Below, one piece after another: positions 38,844 through 52,775 of a stretch of DNA of 64,000 bases. The stretch spans positions 94,888,586 to 94,952,585 of the forward strand of contig NC_068981.1 of assembly GCF_001194135.2 (NCBI RefSeq), read 5' to 3'. Within the stretch, counting starts at the first letter, position 1, and each line of letters opens with the position of its first letter. The notes below the pieces were generated by a model. The model did not search any database. It was given only the letters and a program-made list of their open reading frames with translations, and was not told the origin of the DNA. A program made the translations under genes and the position numbers. The DNA comes from Octopus bimaculoides. Taxonomy: Eukaryota.

Positions 38844-38894
38844 GTAAGTATAATACAAAATTTTGTGTGTATGCTTGCATGTGTGTATATGATA

Positions 38895-39065
38895 TGTAGG
38901 CACAGGCATGGCTGGGTGGTAAAGGAGTTTGCTTCCCAACCACATGGTTCCAGGTTCAGTCTCACTGCATGGCACCTTGCATAAGTGCCTTCTATGTTAT
39001 CCCCAGGCCAACCAAAGCCTTGTGAGTGAATTTGATTGACAAAATCTGAAAGAAGCCCATCATGT
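38895..39065 (+). mobile_element. tRNA-derived SINE (family A)
   Basis: GGCATGGCTGGGTGGTAAAG head and CCAAAGCCTTGTGAGTGAATTTG body. Confidence 0.85.
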
Positions 39066-39479
39066 GTGTCTATCTATCTATATATATATATATATATAAA
39101 TCCAAAGAATGTAACAGACAAGAATGAAAACATACAGACAGGAAAACCACAACGGCACATTCATGGCTTTCTATTCATCAGTCAAGCTTCCAATCATCAT
39201 TACAGTTTCGGCCTGTTGAGATATATGTCTTTGTGTGTGTATCTCCTTGTCTTGACATTACATGATAGTTGTAAATGACTGTCACTGTCATACAAGCAGT
39301 GTCATTCATTTTCTGTATTCTACGTAAACATACCTACCCATGGAGAAACAGGTGAAGGTTGGCAACAGGAAAGGCATCAAGCCATAGAAAAATCTACCTC
39401 AAGTAAACTCCATCCAACCCATATAAAGATGGAAAAGTGGATATTAAATTATGATGATAATGATGAATTCTTGCAATAT

Positions 39480-39662
39480 TTTTATTCATTTACTTGTTTC
39501 ATCACCTTTAGTCGCACATACATACAAGTCAACCCCAGGACTTTTTCTTTGGAAGCCTAGTATTTATTCTATCAGTCCCTTTTGTTGAACTGCTTGGTTG
39601 TCAAGCGATGGTGAGGGAACAAACACAGATACAAAAATAAATAAATGCATACATGCATACAT

Positions 39663-39707
<45 letters not shown>

Positions 39708-39860
39708 AACAAACAACCTCTTTCAGTTTCCATCTACCAGATTCACTCACAAGGCTTTGGTTAGCCCGATACTTGCCCAAAGTGCCATACAGTAGGACTG
39801 AACCTAAAATCATGTGGTTGGGAAGCAGACTTCTTACCACACAGCCACTCCTGCACCTAT
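39480..39860 (-). mobile_element. tRNA-derived SINE (family A), reverse, with internal (CATA)n(CA)n repeats
   Basis: Reverse-complement head CTTCTTACCACACAGCCACTCCTGC. Confidence 0.85.
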
Positions 39861-41368
39861 ATCAACATTTTTTTGATAACTATTATTGCTATGTATTGCT
39901 TCATCGTTTTCAATCAAAAAAGTTGAAATTTTATTTTATGTTGTTATATTTAAAATTAGATTTATCCAAGTGTTAGAGCAAACTAACTTTTTTTTACTAC
40001 AAAACGTAGACTTGATACTCTGACACAGAGATATAGCCAGGATCTAATGTTAGTGAGGGCAAACACATATAAAATAATGGCATACCAAACAATTTTTAAC
40101 TCGTTTCTCTTATATTATGCAACATATTTCACTAGTAATATTACACGTAATTGTATTCAACATTCATTAATTTCATGATTCATTAACAATGTCATTATAT
40201 ATGAATCTGCTGATGTAGTTAATTAAACAGTTAACAAAAATTGTGCCTTTCTGCGATGGTTTTTGGTATGCAGCATTGATTTTTACAATTCTGTGAATAA
40301 TAATAATAATAATAATATTTTATAAGCTTAAAGCTTATAAGTGATCACCATGCAATGACTAAAGAAAATAGTCTAAATATTGGGGCATATAAGCCCTAGA
40401 TGGAAAAAAGTTGGGTTCTTGTATGTGTGGAACTCGAACCCATAGATCTTTGTTTTTGTGACAAGTGTGTTACCATTATACTGACATACAATTTTTTTTT
40501 TAAATTGTTGAGAAGGTGCCAATTTGAAAAATGTGCTCACAGAGGTGGGGGAATGGTAACTCCCCTTGCTCCCCTATTAGCTAGGCTACTGCTCTGACAC
40601 CAGCTTAAGTAACTCTTCATTACCTTTCAAATTATTGTCATGGTCACTGTGTCATCATCATCATCTAATGCCCATGTTCCATGCTGGCATGGGTTGGATG
40701 GTTTGAAAGGGTCTGATTAGGTCCAAGGACTGCATTGTGCTCCAGTGTCTGCTTTGGCATGGTTTTTATAGTCGGATGTCCTTCTTAATGCCAACTACTT
40801 TACAGCATGTACTGGGTGCTTTTCTTCATGTCATCAGCACTATTGAAGTCATCATACAGCTCACAAGTCTACAGATTCCTGGTAGGTGGTGGTGACAGTG
40901 GGGGTTGGTGTTTGGCTTTATGCTAGGGGACAAGGAGTTAAAGTGTGCAAGAAGAGGGTGGCAGTTAGAGCAGATTCTTGTAGAGGAATTGCATGGCTAC
41001 TCACATTTGGTAGAAGGAAAGAAACGGTAAGTAGGGCTGTAAAGAGATAAATAGTAGCGATGTGTTGCCCAAGTGGCCCCCTCAAAGCACAAGGTGAACA
41101 GAAGCAGGTAAGTGGGTTTGCAAGATTGTATGGAAAGCAGATGTGGGAATGGGGAAGTAGACTACAACTGTAAAAATTGGCTAGGGTTGAAGGGTGGATG
41201 TCTGATGTGCCATGAGTTTAAAGGTCCTGAATCACAGTTACTCATGAAATGCAATTTCAGAAATAAACAATAACTTAAGATTTGTCAGCATTAATATAAT
41301 CTGTAGGGCTTCAAAGCGTTAAAATATATGGTGAGATGGGCTGACCATTTTGAACTTACTGATATTAA

Positions 41369-41588
41369 CCCTTTTGTTACTGTATTTATTTTGAGATGCT
41401 CTGTGTTTCTGTCAGTTACTTTAAATATAACAAAGAATTTAGTAAAATAACTTAGTTATAATTAAGCTAGTGTTAGGAACATAAATTGTGACTAAGGTTT
41501 GGTGGAAGATTTTAATTCAAAACTTATGAAAACAAGACATTTGTACTCAGAGCCAGGGCCGGTTTCAGCCGGGTTAGTAACGAAAGAG
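41369..41588. mobile_element. 220-bp piggyBac-like MITE
   Basis: TTAA at 41365-41368 and 41589-41592. Terminal inverted repeats CCCTTTTGTTACT / AGTAACGAAAGAG. Confidence 0.75.
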
Positions 41589-41694
41589 TTAAACTATTGA
41601 CATAGGTAAATAACTGTTATCAATGCAATTACACTTTAGGAATATGTTGCTATGAGGTTACCAGATATCTATGTGACTGTTTCTCTGTCTATCT

Positions 41695-41741
41695 GTCTCT
41701 CTCTCTCTCTCTCTCTTGTTCTGTGTGTGCGTGTGTGTGTG

Positions 41742-41804
<63 letters not shown>
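41695..41804. repeat. Compound microsatellite (TC)n-(TG)n-(TATC)n-(TG)n-(TA)n
   Basis: Direct reading. Confidence 0.95.
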
Positions 41805-41894
41805 GGGAGAATATACAAATAATAACAACAGACGAGGACAGGTGGTGTAAATAACAAAAGTATATATTAGTATGACGCTCGGGAATACGGAAAG

Positions 41895-41931
41895 TCTTTG
41901 ACGTTTCGAGCTACGCTCTTCAACAGAAAGA
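41895..41931 (-). ncRNA. Minimal type I hammerhead-like motif F (CUGUUGA variant) in a Penelope/retrozyme-like repeat (about 41805-42004)
   Basis: Minus strand UCUUU CUGUUGA A GAGC-GUA-GCUC GAAA CGUC/ AAAGA. Stem I 5 bp, stem II 4 bp, loopless ACGU stem III. Confidence 0.75.
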
Positions 41932-42004
41932 ATACGGAGACAAGGAGAAAAACACGGAGAAAGAAAATTGAATAGTGTTCAGTCAACGGTCAATCATAAT
42001 AATG

Positions 42005-42179
42005 NNNNNNNNNNNNNNNNNNNNNNNNNNNNNNNNNNNNNNNNNNNNNNNNNNNNNNNNNNNNNNNNNNNNNNNNNNNNNNNNNNNNNNNNNNNNNNNN
42101 NNNNNNNNNNNNNNNNNNNNNNNNNNNNNNNNNNNNNNNNNNNNNNNNNNNNNNNNNNNNNNNNNNNNNNNNNNNNNNN
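42005..42179. other. Assembly gap (175 N)
   Basis: Direct reading. Confidence 1.
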
Positions 42180-42766
42180 ATCTGTTCAATTTTATTTACA
42201 TCACATGAATCATAACAAGCAATTGAATATAATGAAGTAGAATTAATGTCTTTGATTTTCAATTTAGTAACATTTGATTCCATTTATGTTATTTTGAATT
42301 GTATATGAGAATAAAATTTGAATTTATTGACTTACCTGAATATTTAAAAGGTTAAAACTAGAAAAAGATCAATATATAAAAAAAAAAAAAAACGATTGTA
42401 GTTGTAGAATTTAAGCACCAGATTAAGACTAATGCGATCATGTAATGTATAACTAATCACTATGGAAATTTAATTTGTGACCCAAATATAACAATTTGAA
42501 TTCATTTAACCAAGTTCTTTTAGGCTGTCTGATGTATTGTGAATACTACTTCCTCTATTTCAGTATATATTATTGTTTCATTATTGTTCTATAATTGTTT
42601 TCATTTTTTTTTTTTATATTGAAGTGTGTGACTGGTATGTGGCTTTTACCCAATAATATATTTTCTTTGAAAGATCTTTAATTAAGAATATGCTAGCATA
42701 TAGTTGTGTTGCTTTCTTTTCTAATATGTTTAGCTAAAATGGTAAACAATGTTTTTTTTCTTGCAG

Positions 42767-43020
42767 ATTCTCTACCATTTCATGGGTAATACATACACTA
42801 CAGTCCTGAGACCAAGCTCTTTAGGAAACATTGTTGAGTGTCTGCTAGCTGTTGGTGTTGAAGGAACAGCTACTGGTCTTCTACTTAGCTGCTTAGCATC
42901 CATTGTTGGCAATGTCTGCAGACCTTCAACTATTTACTTCTTAGAATTTGCAGTCATTGCTGTTCTGGTTTGCCTCATCTATTTCAGTCTGCAACTGTTC
43001 CAACTGCCAGCAATTTTAGG
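42767..43020 (+). CDS. Divergent SLC9A-type Na+/H+ exchanger, coding exon 3
   Basis: TTTTTTTCTTGCAG acceptor and GG|GTAAGT phase-2 donor. ILYHFM..GLLLSCLASIV..FLEFAVIAVLVCLIYFSLQLFQLPAILG aligns with NHE1 [33 protein letters not shown]. Confidence 0.9.
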
Positions 43021-43489
43021 GTAAGTATGTAAATAAGTGCATTCATTGTCATTTTTGTAGTCTTTGAATGTGGGTGAGTAAATGACATTGACTTTAAATA
43101 GAATCTGTAAGAGTGGATGAAACTATATTAAGTCATAGTTATGATATCAGTTCTCGGATCCTTATTCTTACCAGTCTCATACACTTGAATCTATTGTAAC
43201 CAAATGATAATGACCTCTGATGATTTCTCATACTGATTTCACATACATATCATGAAAGCTGTTTATTATTATCATAAATAATGTTGTCAACTGATTGTTG
43301 TTATAAAAATGAATAGATTCCAAACACTTTATCTGCTTAACGTTATCAGTTTATTGGCTTTGTCCCAAATGATCTCTATAAGCAGCTTCCATTATATGTC
43401 ATTGCTAAAACTGCATTCAAAAGACTGGGATTCTTATTTAGAGGCAAACACTGCCTCAATCGTGGTCAACTGCTCTACAGTACTTAAGT

Positions 43490-43860
43490 AAGACAAACAT
43501 TGGAATATTGTTTAGATATCTAGGAAGGTGCTGCTACACAAATAAATATTCTAGACCACCACATTGAAGTCTATTTGGTTGATAGGCAGCAATTCTCTTA
43601 CCAGTGCTCTACAGCTGCTAACTCAAGAGTTTCTTCACTCTGCTACTTCCAACATCACTATGGTGTCCTATAATCTTCTACAGTTTGACTCTCTAAGATT
43701 ACATCAAGATCAGTTGTCTCTTCTCCTCAAGCTATTTCTACTATTTCTCACCCTAGATTCTAAACTAAGCAATATGCCCAGTCATTCTTCTCCAGAAATG
43801 CAAACTCAATGGAATTCCCTTCCCATACATTTTCTTTTTTCTCCCTTTTTTCATTCCTTT
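43490..43860 (+). mobile_element. Decayed CR1-group LINE 3' end
   Basis: LIGSNSLTSALQLL..QWNSLP in ORF 43564-43866. Confidence 0.55.
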
Positions 43861-44164
43861 TTGTAAACATCAGCTGACAGCAGTTCAAATTAAGCATCAA
43901 TTGCATTAGTCTTGAAATATTCACAAAAAGTCGTGGGTACTTTTCTCTGTTGTTATGAATAATTAAAAATATGATAGTAGCATACCATTGTTGAAAAGAG
44001 ATTGTTAGCTTTTGGGAAAGTGCAAGTGGGTGTGAATAAGGAAAGATTAAGAAGCACAGAAAAAATAAGCAATCCTCTTATCATATTAAGAACTTCTTAG
44101 CAAATAAAGAGTGAATATAGCAATATAGGTTTTAAATAGCTAATATAAATTCTTTTGTGATACT

Positions 44165-44585
44165 ATAGGCACATCATGACTATGTTGTAAGAAGCTTGCT
44201 TCCCAACCACATGGTTTTGGATTCAGTCTTACTGTATGGCACCTTGGGGAAGTACCTTCTACTATAGTCTTGGGTCAACCAAAGCCTTGTGAGTGGATTT
44301 AATATTTAATGGAGAGAAACTGAAAGACCCATCATGTATGTGTGTATATATATATGCATGTATGTATCTGTGTGTGTATGTGTCTTTGTGATTGTCTACC
44401 ACTACCACTTGACAACTGGTGTTTATGTCCCTATAACTTTACAGTTCGGCAAAAGAGAATGATAGAATTAGTACTAGTCTATAAAAAAAATGTCCCGGAG
44501 TCAATTTGTTTAACTAAAACTCTTCAAGGCAGTACCCCAGCATGGCAGCAGTCAAATGACTGAAACAAGTAAAAGATAAAGATAA
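44165..44585 (+). mobile_element. tRNA-derived SINE (family A plus 3' domain)
   Basis: Head, body and TGAAACAAGTAAAAGATAAAGATAA tail. Confidence 0.85.
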
Positions 44586-47500
44586 ATTCTTTGAGTTTCT
44601 ACACATAATTTGGAATCAGATTCACTTTCTAAAGAAATATAGATAAGGAATTTGATTTGGTATCCCAAACTCAGCACTTGTTATTATTAACACCTTCAAG
44701 TGATGTCGACAGTTTCAAAGTTGAAGATATGTAGAACATATTCTGTTGCAGTTCTTGTGATTAATACGATTATTTATCTTATCACAGTATTATTTTTGAA
44801 AACACAATGCAGTCATATGTACTTGGCAATCACTTGTTACATTTTATAGCATCATACTGATATCATTTGAGGCCTTCTATTCATAGTTAAAGTATTGATG
44901 GAAGGCACTCAAACAGGACCAGTGTCAAAGTTATATAAGTTAATAGCTTAATGAATATGGAACTTTAATTATCCAACCATATGGTCTTGTGTTCAGTCCC
45001 ACAGTGCAACACCTTGGGCAAGCATTTTCTATAACCTTGGGTCATCTAAAGCTTTGTGAATGGATTTGGTAGACAAACACTGAAAGAGGCTCATCGTACA
45101 TGCACACACACACACACATATATATACATGTATATGCATATATATTTGTTTATGTGTAACCGTGTTTAGACACCATGTGATGGTCATAAGTGGGTATCAT
45201 TGTCATACAGATGAGGTTATTCGTTTCCAGTCTTCCATAAAAAACATGTCTGGCCATGGGGAAATTATTACCTTATTTGGACACAGGTATGGTTTGGCAA
45301 TGGGAAAGGCGTCCAGCTGTAGAAAATCTGCCTCAACAAATTCTCTCTAACTCTTGCAAGCATAGATGAGTGGACGTTAAATGATGATGATGATTGTTAT
45401 TGTGGTGGATTCACAGAATTGTTACAACTTTGGCTAAAGTTCCTTGCAGTATTCAGTTAAGCTACTTCATGTTCTAAAGCTGACTTTGTCTTTCATTCTT
45501 CCAGAGCTTGATAAAGTACCAGTCAAGTACTAGGTTGATTTCAGTTGACTACCACTTCCCTTATTTCACAAATTTCTGGCCTTGTGTCTATATTAAAAAT
45601 AAGGATTGTTTATCATCATCATCATCATCATCATCATTTAACATCTGTTCTGGCATGGGTTAGATTGTTTGGCTGGAGCTGGTAAGCCAGAGAGCTGCAC
45701 CAGGCTTCAGTTTGTTTTGGCTTGGTTCCTACAGCTGGATGCCCTAACACCAACCACTCTACAGAGTGTACTGGGTGTCTTTTACATGTCACTGGCATGA
45801 GGGCCTTTTACATGTCACTGGCATTAGTGCTTTTATGTATCACTGGCACAGGTGCCTTTAATGTATCACTGGCACTGACCATGATCATGATTTCACTTAG
45901 CTTGATGTGTCTTCTCAAGCACAGCAAATTGTCAGAAGACTTGGTCATTTGTCATCACCTTCATGAGCCATATTAAGTTTCACAAATTTTAAGGACTAAT
46001 TACTTGTGGCACAGTTGTCATTCATGTATCCCATTCACAATAACAATGGTTCGTTTATAGGCCCTAATAACTGAGAATTGACCATAATTTTACTTAAGTA
46101 TTCTCAAAAATCTTCAAAGATGCATATTTTTCTCAGTGTAAAAAAAAAAAAAAAAGCTAGAAAGTGTTCCCTGTTGCTCTACATGGAAATAAAATTTCAG
46201 CAGCTAGAAATAATAGCTAAACTGCTATCAGATCACTTCCTTCCATTCAAAATTGAGAATATGACACTTTAGATAATGTTGTCCTAGATACACTGGGTAA
46301 ATATAGTCTCAAAGCTGGGATGGTCATCATTGGAATGACTTTGATCAATGCTGGCCAGGGCCTAAACAACAGTATATTTGACTGTTTTTATACTGAGCTG
46401 CACAGGTGAATTACATAGAAGCTTTCTTGTTGGTTTGAGATGTTTGTTGTTTTTTTTTAATGAGGTGATAAGATTCATAGCTAAAAATTTAGAAAAAATA
46501 CAACAGCTGTTATTAGTAATACATAATGAATTGATCTAGTTACTTGGTATCCTTTCTAGTTTTTACCCTATGACATCACTTTTGAATGATTTTATCTTGT
46601 CACTTTGGTCTGACTGTCATATACAGTTCTGCTGCACTACAAACAAAAAAGAAATGAATAAATAAATTATCTTATCAGTATATTTCATTTAAATTTCTAA
46701 TATATATTTGCTACGTTGTCAGTTTGTTCTCTTTTGCTCTGGGACCATCGTTCAGGTTCTAATGGTTATTTTCCATCATGCCAACCAAAATACCTAATGT
46801 TTTTATTTCTCAAGTAAGCTTTTCATATTGAATTTGTCTAATTCATTTTTTTTTATCCAGTATATTCATGTATTGTCAACAAATTTCAAGGAAAGAAAAA
46901 TTTACTAAATATAATCGTCAGGTCTCAATACTCTATGTAAAACACTATTTTCTAAACCTACACATTTTCCACTGACATACATATTTCATTTTTATTTGTA
47001 TTTTCATTCTGAATTTTATATTGGTCATATTTTGTATTGATTTCTTTTTTTAAATTTTTTTTTTTTTATTACTAACTAGGTTACTTTTATATTTCATCTG
47101 CATTTAATTTTGTTCCATAAATCAATTCATGAAATTATTTTATTTGCTATAATCTCAATAACCTAAACATGTTAGCTGCATTTTTATCTACAACACACAC
47201 ATTCACATATGAAAACAGTGCATGTATGCACAGTTTGTTGTTTCTTAATTTTTTACTCAATCTGCTTAGTAAGTTTTATTTTGTTTTTATTTCTATTTTT
47301 AGTTTATAAATGAAGGGATAGTACCAATAGGTTTCTGTCTTCTCACCTCTTGATTGAGATGATTTGGATGGTTGGGTGTGTAGGCACAGAGAGTTTTCCT
47401 GAAAAAAGTTTTGTACTGGGCAGGGTTTGGCAAAATATTTAGTATAAAATCTGGAATATAAAAAGGTACTGTGAATAAATGGTGAATGTACAGAATGATG

Positions 47501-47719
47501 TAAAAGCATTGGAAGCCTTTATAGTACAATGAAATAGTGAGTCAAACTTTACACTAGGGAAGAGATTGGAAGGTTCTTTAGTCTTATCATTCAAATAGGC
47601 ACTTTTTAATTTTTTTTTTATATTGGTTAGTATATTCTTAGTAATAGAACATTAGCTTTTTGTAAGGATTCAATGCTGTTCAGGAAATACCCAGTGTTTT
47701 CATTCCAATGCAAACTATC

Positions 47720-48110
47720 TTGTATCTTTTACTTGTTTCAGTTATTAGACTGTAGGGCACCACATTGAAGAATTTTTGGTTGGATGTATCAACCCCGGTA
47801 TTTAGTTTTTATCACCCTGGTACTTATGCTATCAGTCCCTTTTGCTGAACCGATAAGTTACAAGGACTTAAACACACCAGCACTGGTTACCAAGTGGTAT
47901 TGGGGGTGGGGGCACAAACTACATGTTTTTGATGGGCTTCTTCCAGTTTCTGCCTACCAAATCCATTCAAAAGGCTTTGGTCGGCCTGGAGCTATAGTAG
48001 AAGACACTTGCCAAGTATAGTAGAAGACACTTCCATGCAGTGGGACTGAACCTGGAACGATGTTGTTGGGATGCAAACTTCTTACCACACAGCCATGCCT
48101 GTGCCTATAT
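47720..48110 (-). mobile_element. tRNA-derived SINE (family A), reverse
   Basis: CTTCTTACCACACAGCCATGCC reverse head. Contains a short internal duplication TAGTAGAAGACACTT. Confidence 0.85.
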
Positions 48111-50871
48111 TAGGCTTGTAGAATTTCCAACTGAGATTATCAGTCAGTAGGGCGGCTGCTTCAAAGTTGTTAAAATATGACATGGTTAAAACAGTATATT
48201 TTGAACCTTTGATGATACCAAAACATGTTAAATTAATTTTCATTGGCAGCAATTATTAGGTTATTATTTTTAATTAGCATAACCCTGTTTAGATGAATTT
48301 ATCTAGTTCCTGATTGTTTATTGCATTGCATCATTTGACTTTGTACTTGAGTGATTAGTAGTGGAGAGGAAGAGGCTTATCCAGTCGTAAAACATCTACT
48401 TCACTTGAAAAAAATATCCTAATACTTGATACTAGCTTGCATCTGCACTTCATATTTAAGGCGATAGTTATAGGGAGGAAACTTAGTAAATTAATATTGT
48501 CTCCTAGCAAAATGTTGACTTATACAAAAGCAGTCTGAGCAAAATTTCAGTATTAATTGCTCAGAAAAATAGTTGTAAAACAGCTAACATGACAGTACAA
48601 TGATTATTTATAACTTACGATTTCTATTAGAAATGTCTTGAATGAGACAGATTAGATACAAGCTACTGAAAATCAAAACCACTGGTTTGGGTATAATAAA
48701 AATAGATTAGAGATGAAAATTAGTATTAGAAGGTGGAATGCAGTAACTAGGATAAATATAAGAACATGGAACCTCAAGGAAGACATGATGCCTGGTTGAG
48801 ACTTGTGTATTATGAGCTTGTGTAATCAATACAACTTAGGCAAAAATCTAAAACTGATGAAGCTGTTGTTGATTCTAATTTAAAAATAGAAGTGCAATTA
48901 AGTTAACAGCTTTTATTTCCATATAAAGTATTTATTGAAGTATGCTGGAGTTTTGTTTGCATTTACAAATTTTTTTTTTTTAAAAAACATGCATAATTTT
49001 TCTAATATAAATGTTTTACTTTTTCTCCTTCTCTGATATGATCTTAGGGCCTAGTACTATTTCCCAATATTAATTTGCAAAACTATTTTAATTGTTTTGT
49101 TTTTAAATAGCTGTATTATTTGGTAGTCTTTAAGTGCCTTTTAGCAAAGTTCACTTGCAAACATTTGGACCAATTGCCTGGTTTCTTTTCTGGAAACAAA
49201 TAAACTGGGCATTGACCATATCAGTCTTGCCAGTCTGGATAGGCATGCAGAGAAAGGTCACGCACAACATTGGTCCTCACATAACTAAAACCTCTACTCC
49301 GCATAAATATATTGCAACAAACTTCCTACTTGCACCTATCCACTTGCTTCTCACTCAAATATACATGCAACAATTTTCTTCCTACTCTTAAAATTATTTC
49401 TAGTGACACAGACACAAATAAACAACATTACTCAAAATAGAGATCTCAGTCAGAGTGATTATGGCCACTGCCATTTCTGCATTTACAGTCATGCAATATA
49501 CATATCCTCTTTCTCTTTCAATATTGTCAGTTTGAATGTATACAGGATATACCTTGCATACCCACACACAATTATTTATGCTAGCTTACTGTTAGCCTTT
49601 CTTTCTATTGCTCTTGTTAAATCCCTGTTGCTTTGTTTGTATTTTTGGCCACTCTGTCCTGAAATTCAGATCCAACCTCTTATGATTCCTATTTTGTAGT
49701 TTGTAAAGAAACTTGAATGAGATTCAGTTACTACACTGATCACATCTAACTAGTACTCAAAAGTTGCCTTATTTAAGAATATTACTGATGGCTTCTACTT
49801 TAATTTAACTCGTATATTATTAACTAATAAGTGAATGAATTACTTGATAAGAGACATCCATCAATGGGCTATCATCTTCAGTTAGTATATAGATGAAACT
49901 AATGGAAGCTGAGTCCATGGAAATGGGCATTCCAGCCAGGACTATCTTGTCCTTTCAGGCATTGTGTATTGAGAACTATATTATCCAATGTATCACTCCT
50001 CTTCAAAGATAGTAGTATGCAATCAGAATTTGATTAGTTATGTCATTGACAAACGGTAATGATAAAATTAAACTTATTATGATGAACTTCCTTTGTTTTA
50101 GTTTGTTTCTATGGAAATATCCTTTATTTATAAATAGATTTTAAAATATTCGTTTTATGGTCATACATATTAAAACATATTAAATCACATTCATATTAAA
50201 AATTGGAGAAGAACAATGTTTCTTTTTCTGGATTATGATAATTCTTTTTAATTAGCCTTAGCTGCAAGATAATTACTTTTTATTTGCTTTCTTTCAAAAT
50301 TATATTATAGTTAATTTTTCCCTACCAGCACAAGTAAAATATTTTCGTAAAATTTGCATATGAATTATTAAAGCAATTATTTTCACAGATGGATGCTCTA
50401 CTTATTCATACTCATTCAACTATAGAGTGGAAGCAGCACTTATTTTCAGCTTAGAAGTCTGACTGAACCATGCTGCATACTGACTTGCTTTGAGACAAAA
50501 CTCAAGTGTGTTAATAGCACCTTAGCTCGCTGAGAATAAATAAATTGTATTGTAAGTCCAATACAAAATTGGAGCTCAGATATGCTGTGAGATATTTATG
50601 ATGCACATACACATAATTTTATGTAGCATGAACTTAATGCATGAACTATGCATTTTTTTTTCCTGGATCTCTTTTTTTTAAGCTCCTTCCCTTTCTTCTT
50701 TCTTTTGTATGCAACAAAAGTGTATGACCCTAACTCTAACTTTTTTTCTTCTTTGAGTGTCAACCTAATAATATTAACTATGAATGTCCCTTAGCTTTTG
50801 TTATTTGTTTTGTTTTGTATGTCTTTTTACTAATTTCTAAATTGAACAACATATTTTCTTTTCCATTCCAG

Positions 50872-51098
50872 AGTAATCTTCTGTGGAATCAGCATCAAAC
50901 AGTATGTTCAAGCTCATCTATCAAGAAGATCACTTACCTCATCCAAAGGAGCTGTCTCTTTGTCACTGAAGACTGTGTCTTGTGTTTGTGAGGCTCTGGT
51001 TCTATTATTTCTACTGTCAGTTGATACACAGGCTCATTGTTGGAACAGCATTTTTGTGTTTTTCTGTCTGTTTCTCTGCATCAACTACACTTCTCTTG
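50872..51098 (+). CDS. Divergent SLC9A-type Na+/H+ exchanger, coding exon 4
   Basis: TTTTCTTTTCCATTCCAG acceptor and G|GTAGGT phase-1 donor. VIFCGISIKQYVQAHLSRRS..LKTVSCVCEALVLLFL..HCWNSIFV..LCINYTSLG aligns with [54 protein letters not shown]. Confidence 0.9.
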
Positions 51099-51639
51099 GT
51101 AGGTGTAAATCATTGCTATCACTGACATGGGGCAATAACTTAATTATGCCTGTTTTATCATTTTTTGTTGCTGTTAGTTGAAGTAAGTTTCTGATATAAA
51201 CTGAAAAAGGCTACCTTCCAATTTGTACAGAAACGTGAGCTGGATTAAATGCTTTATATTATCTAGTTTGATTCCATATTTCCTAGTTCAAGTCCTTTTA
51301 AGATTTATTTTGTTAAATGCATAAAATAAGTCCAAATAATGCCGTATTATAACAAAAATAAGTCCAACAATACTGTATTTTAACAAAAAGGAACCCTTTT
51401 TTGTCAAAAATTAGGTTAAAAAAATATGGGAGTTTCTTATACATGAATATTATAATCCCTTACAAAACTTTTTTCCAAATTTTAAGCCCCCAAAATTAGG
51501 GGGTTCCTTATACATGTTAAAATACACTATATTTGAGCTTAATCAATTGTTCTGAGCCCTTCTTTACTTAGAAAGGGTTTTGTACCCAGTGACCAGCAGT
51601 ATTAGATTTTTGCAAAAGATTTTTCATCATCTATATATA

Positions 51640-51852
51640 TATAAAGCAATTAAGAGTATGAAGACAGAGAAAGCCCCCGGCCCATCAGGAATCACTGCAG
51701 AGATGTTCAAAATATCTGGTGGTGTTGGCTATAGCCTAGTCACCCGTATAGTTAACCAGGTGATGCACGAAGGAGTCATACACAATGACTGGTGTAGCAG
51801 TACCATAGTCAACTGCTACATAGGTAAAGGTGACGCTTTTGATACAAATAAT
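51640..51852 (+). mobile_element. RTE-clade RT fragment
   Basis: AIKSMKTEKAPGPSGITAEMFK..DWCSSTIVNCYIGKGDAFDTNNYR. Confidence 0.9.
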
Positions 51853-51856
51853 TACA

Positions 51857-52135
51857 GGCTCAGTGGTTAGAGCATCGAGCTTACAATCGTGAAGCTGTGA
51901 GTTCGAATCCCAGACCAAGCTGCGTGTTGTGTTTTTGAAGAAGACACTTTATTTCACGTTGCTCCAGTTCACTCAGCTGTAGAAATGAGTTGCGACATCA
52001 CACGTGCCAAGCTGTATTGGCCTTTGCCTTTCCCTTGGATAACACTGGTGGTGTGGAGAGGGGAGGCCGGTATGCATGGGCGACTGCTGGTCTTCCATAA
52101 ACAACCTTACCTGGACTTGTGCCGAAGGGGTCTCA
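51857..52135 (+). mobile_element. tRNA-derived SINE (third family)
   Basis: GGCTCAGTGGTTAGAGC A-box and GAGTTCGAATCCC B-box. Related heads at 52410-52480 and 55540-55660, reverse copies at 25690-25825 and 56930-57040. Confidence 0.85.
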
Positions 52136-52137
52136 GC

Positions 52138-52168
<31 letters not shown>

Positions 52169-52775
52169 AAATGATTGATATGGAAAACAAAGTGTAACTA
52201 GATGCTTTATTTAGCATAACAATCATTTCAGCTTCCTTCTGAACTACTCCCTAGTGGGTGTGAGACGATGTAACGACCTCAGATGCAATGCACAGTGCAG
52301 GGATCCTCATCAAGTGATGTAACATACTTCAAAAGTTATAAGATTTATTTCGTTTTCGCTCAAAGTTATATGCTAGTGGTGTGTTGCTAGTAGTTTACAC
52401 ACACATATATATGGTGGTTAGGGAGTTGCACTCATGATCATGAGATCGTGGTTTCAATTCCTAGACCAGGTGGTGCATTGCAATCTCTTTGACACCTGAC
52501 ATGTGGCACATAGTGCACCTGTTCAGACGTCATTGATTTGATGGCAGGTGTGTGCTAATGTAAAGCACATAAATTTGATTACTATAAACAAATCATTTGT
52601 GCAGGTCATTCAGCAAAAAAGCTGAACACTCACACATCGTCTTAGACACAGATATTGGAAGATGGGAGAACACTGCAGAACATTGGTAAAAGAATTGAAC
52701 TGATTGTCCTGTTTGATTATTTATGTTGTATACATCAATTTGATTAATTTTTTTGTTTTCTTTTTATTTTTCTAG

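Noticed and set aside
51857-51925. tRNA-like sequence with A and B boxes
   Set aside because: It continues into a SINE body repeated elsewhere in the window and lacks a proper acceptor stem, so it is not a tRNA gene.
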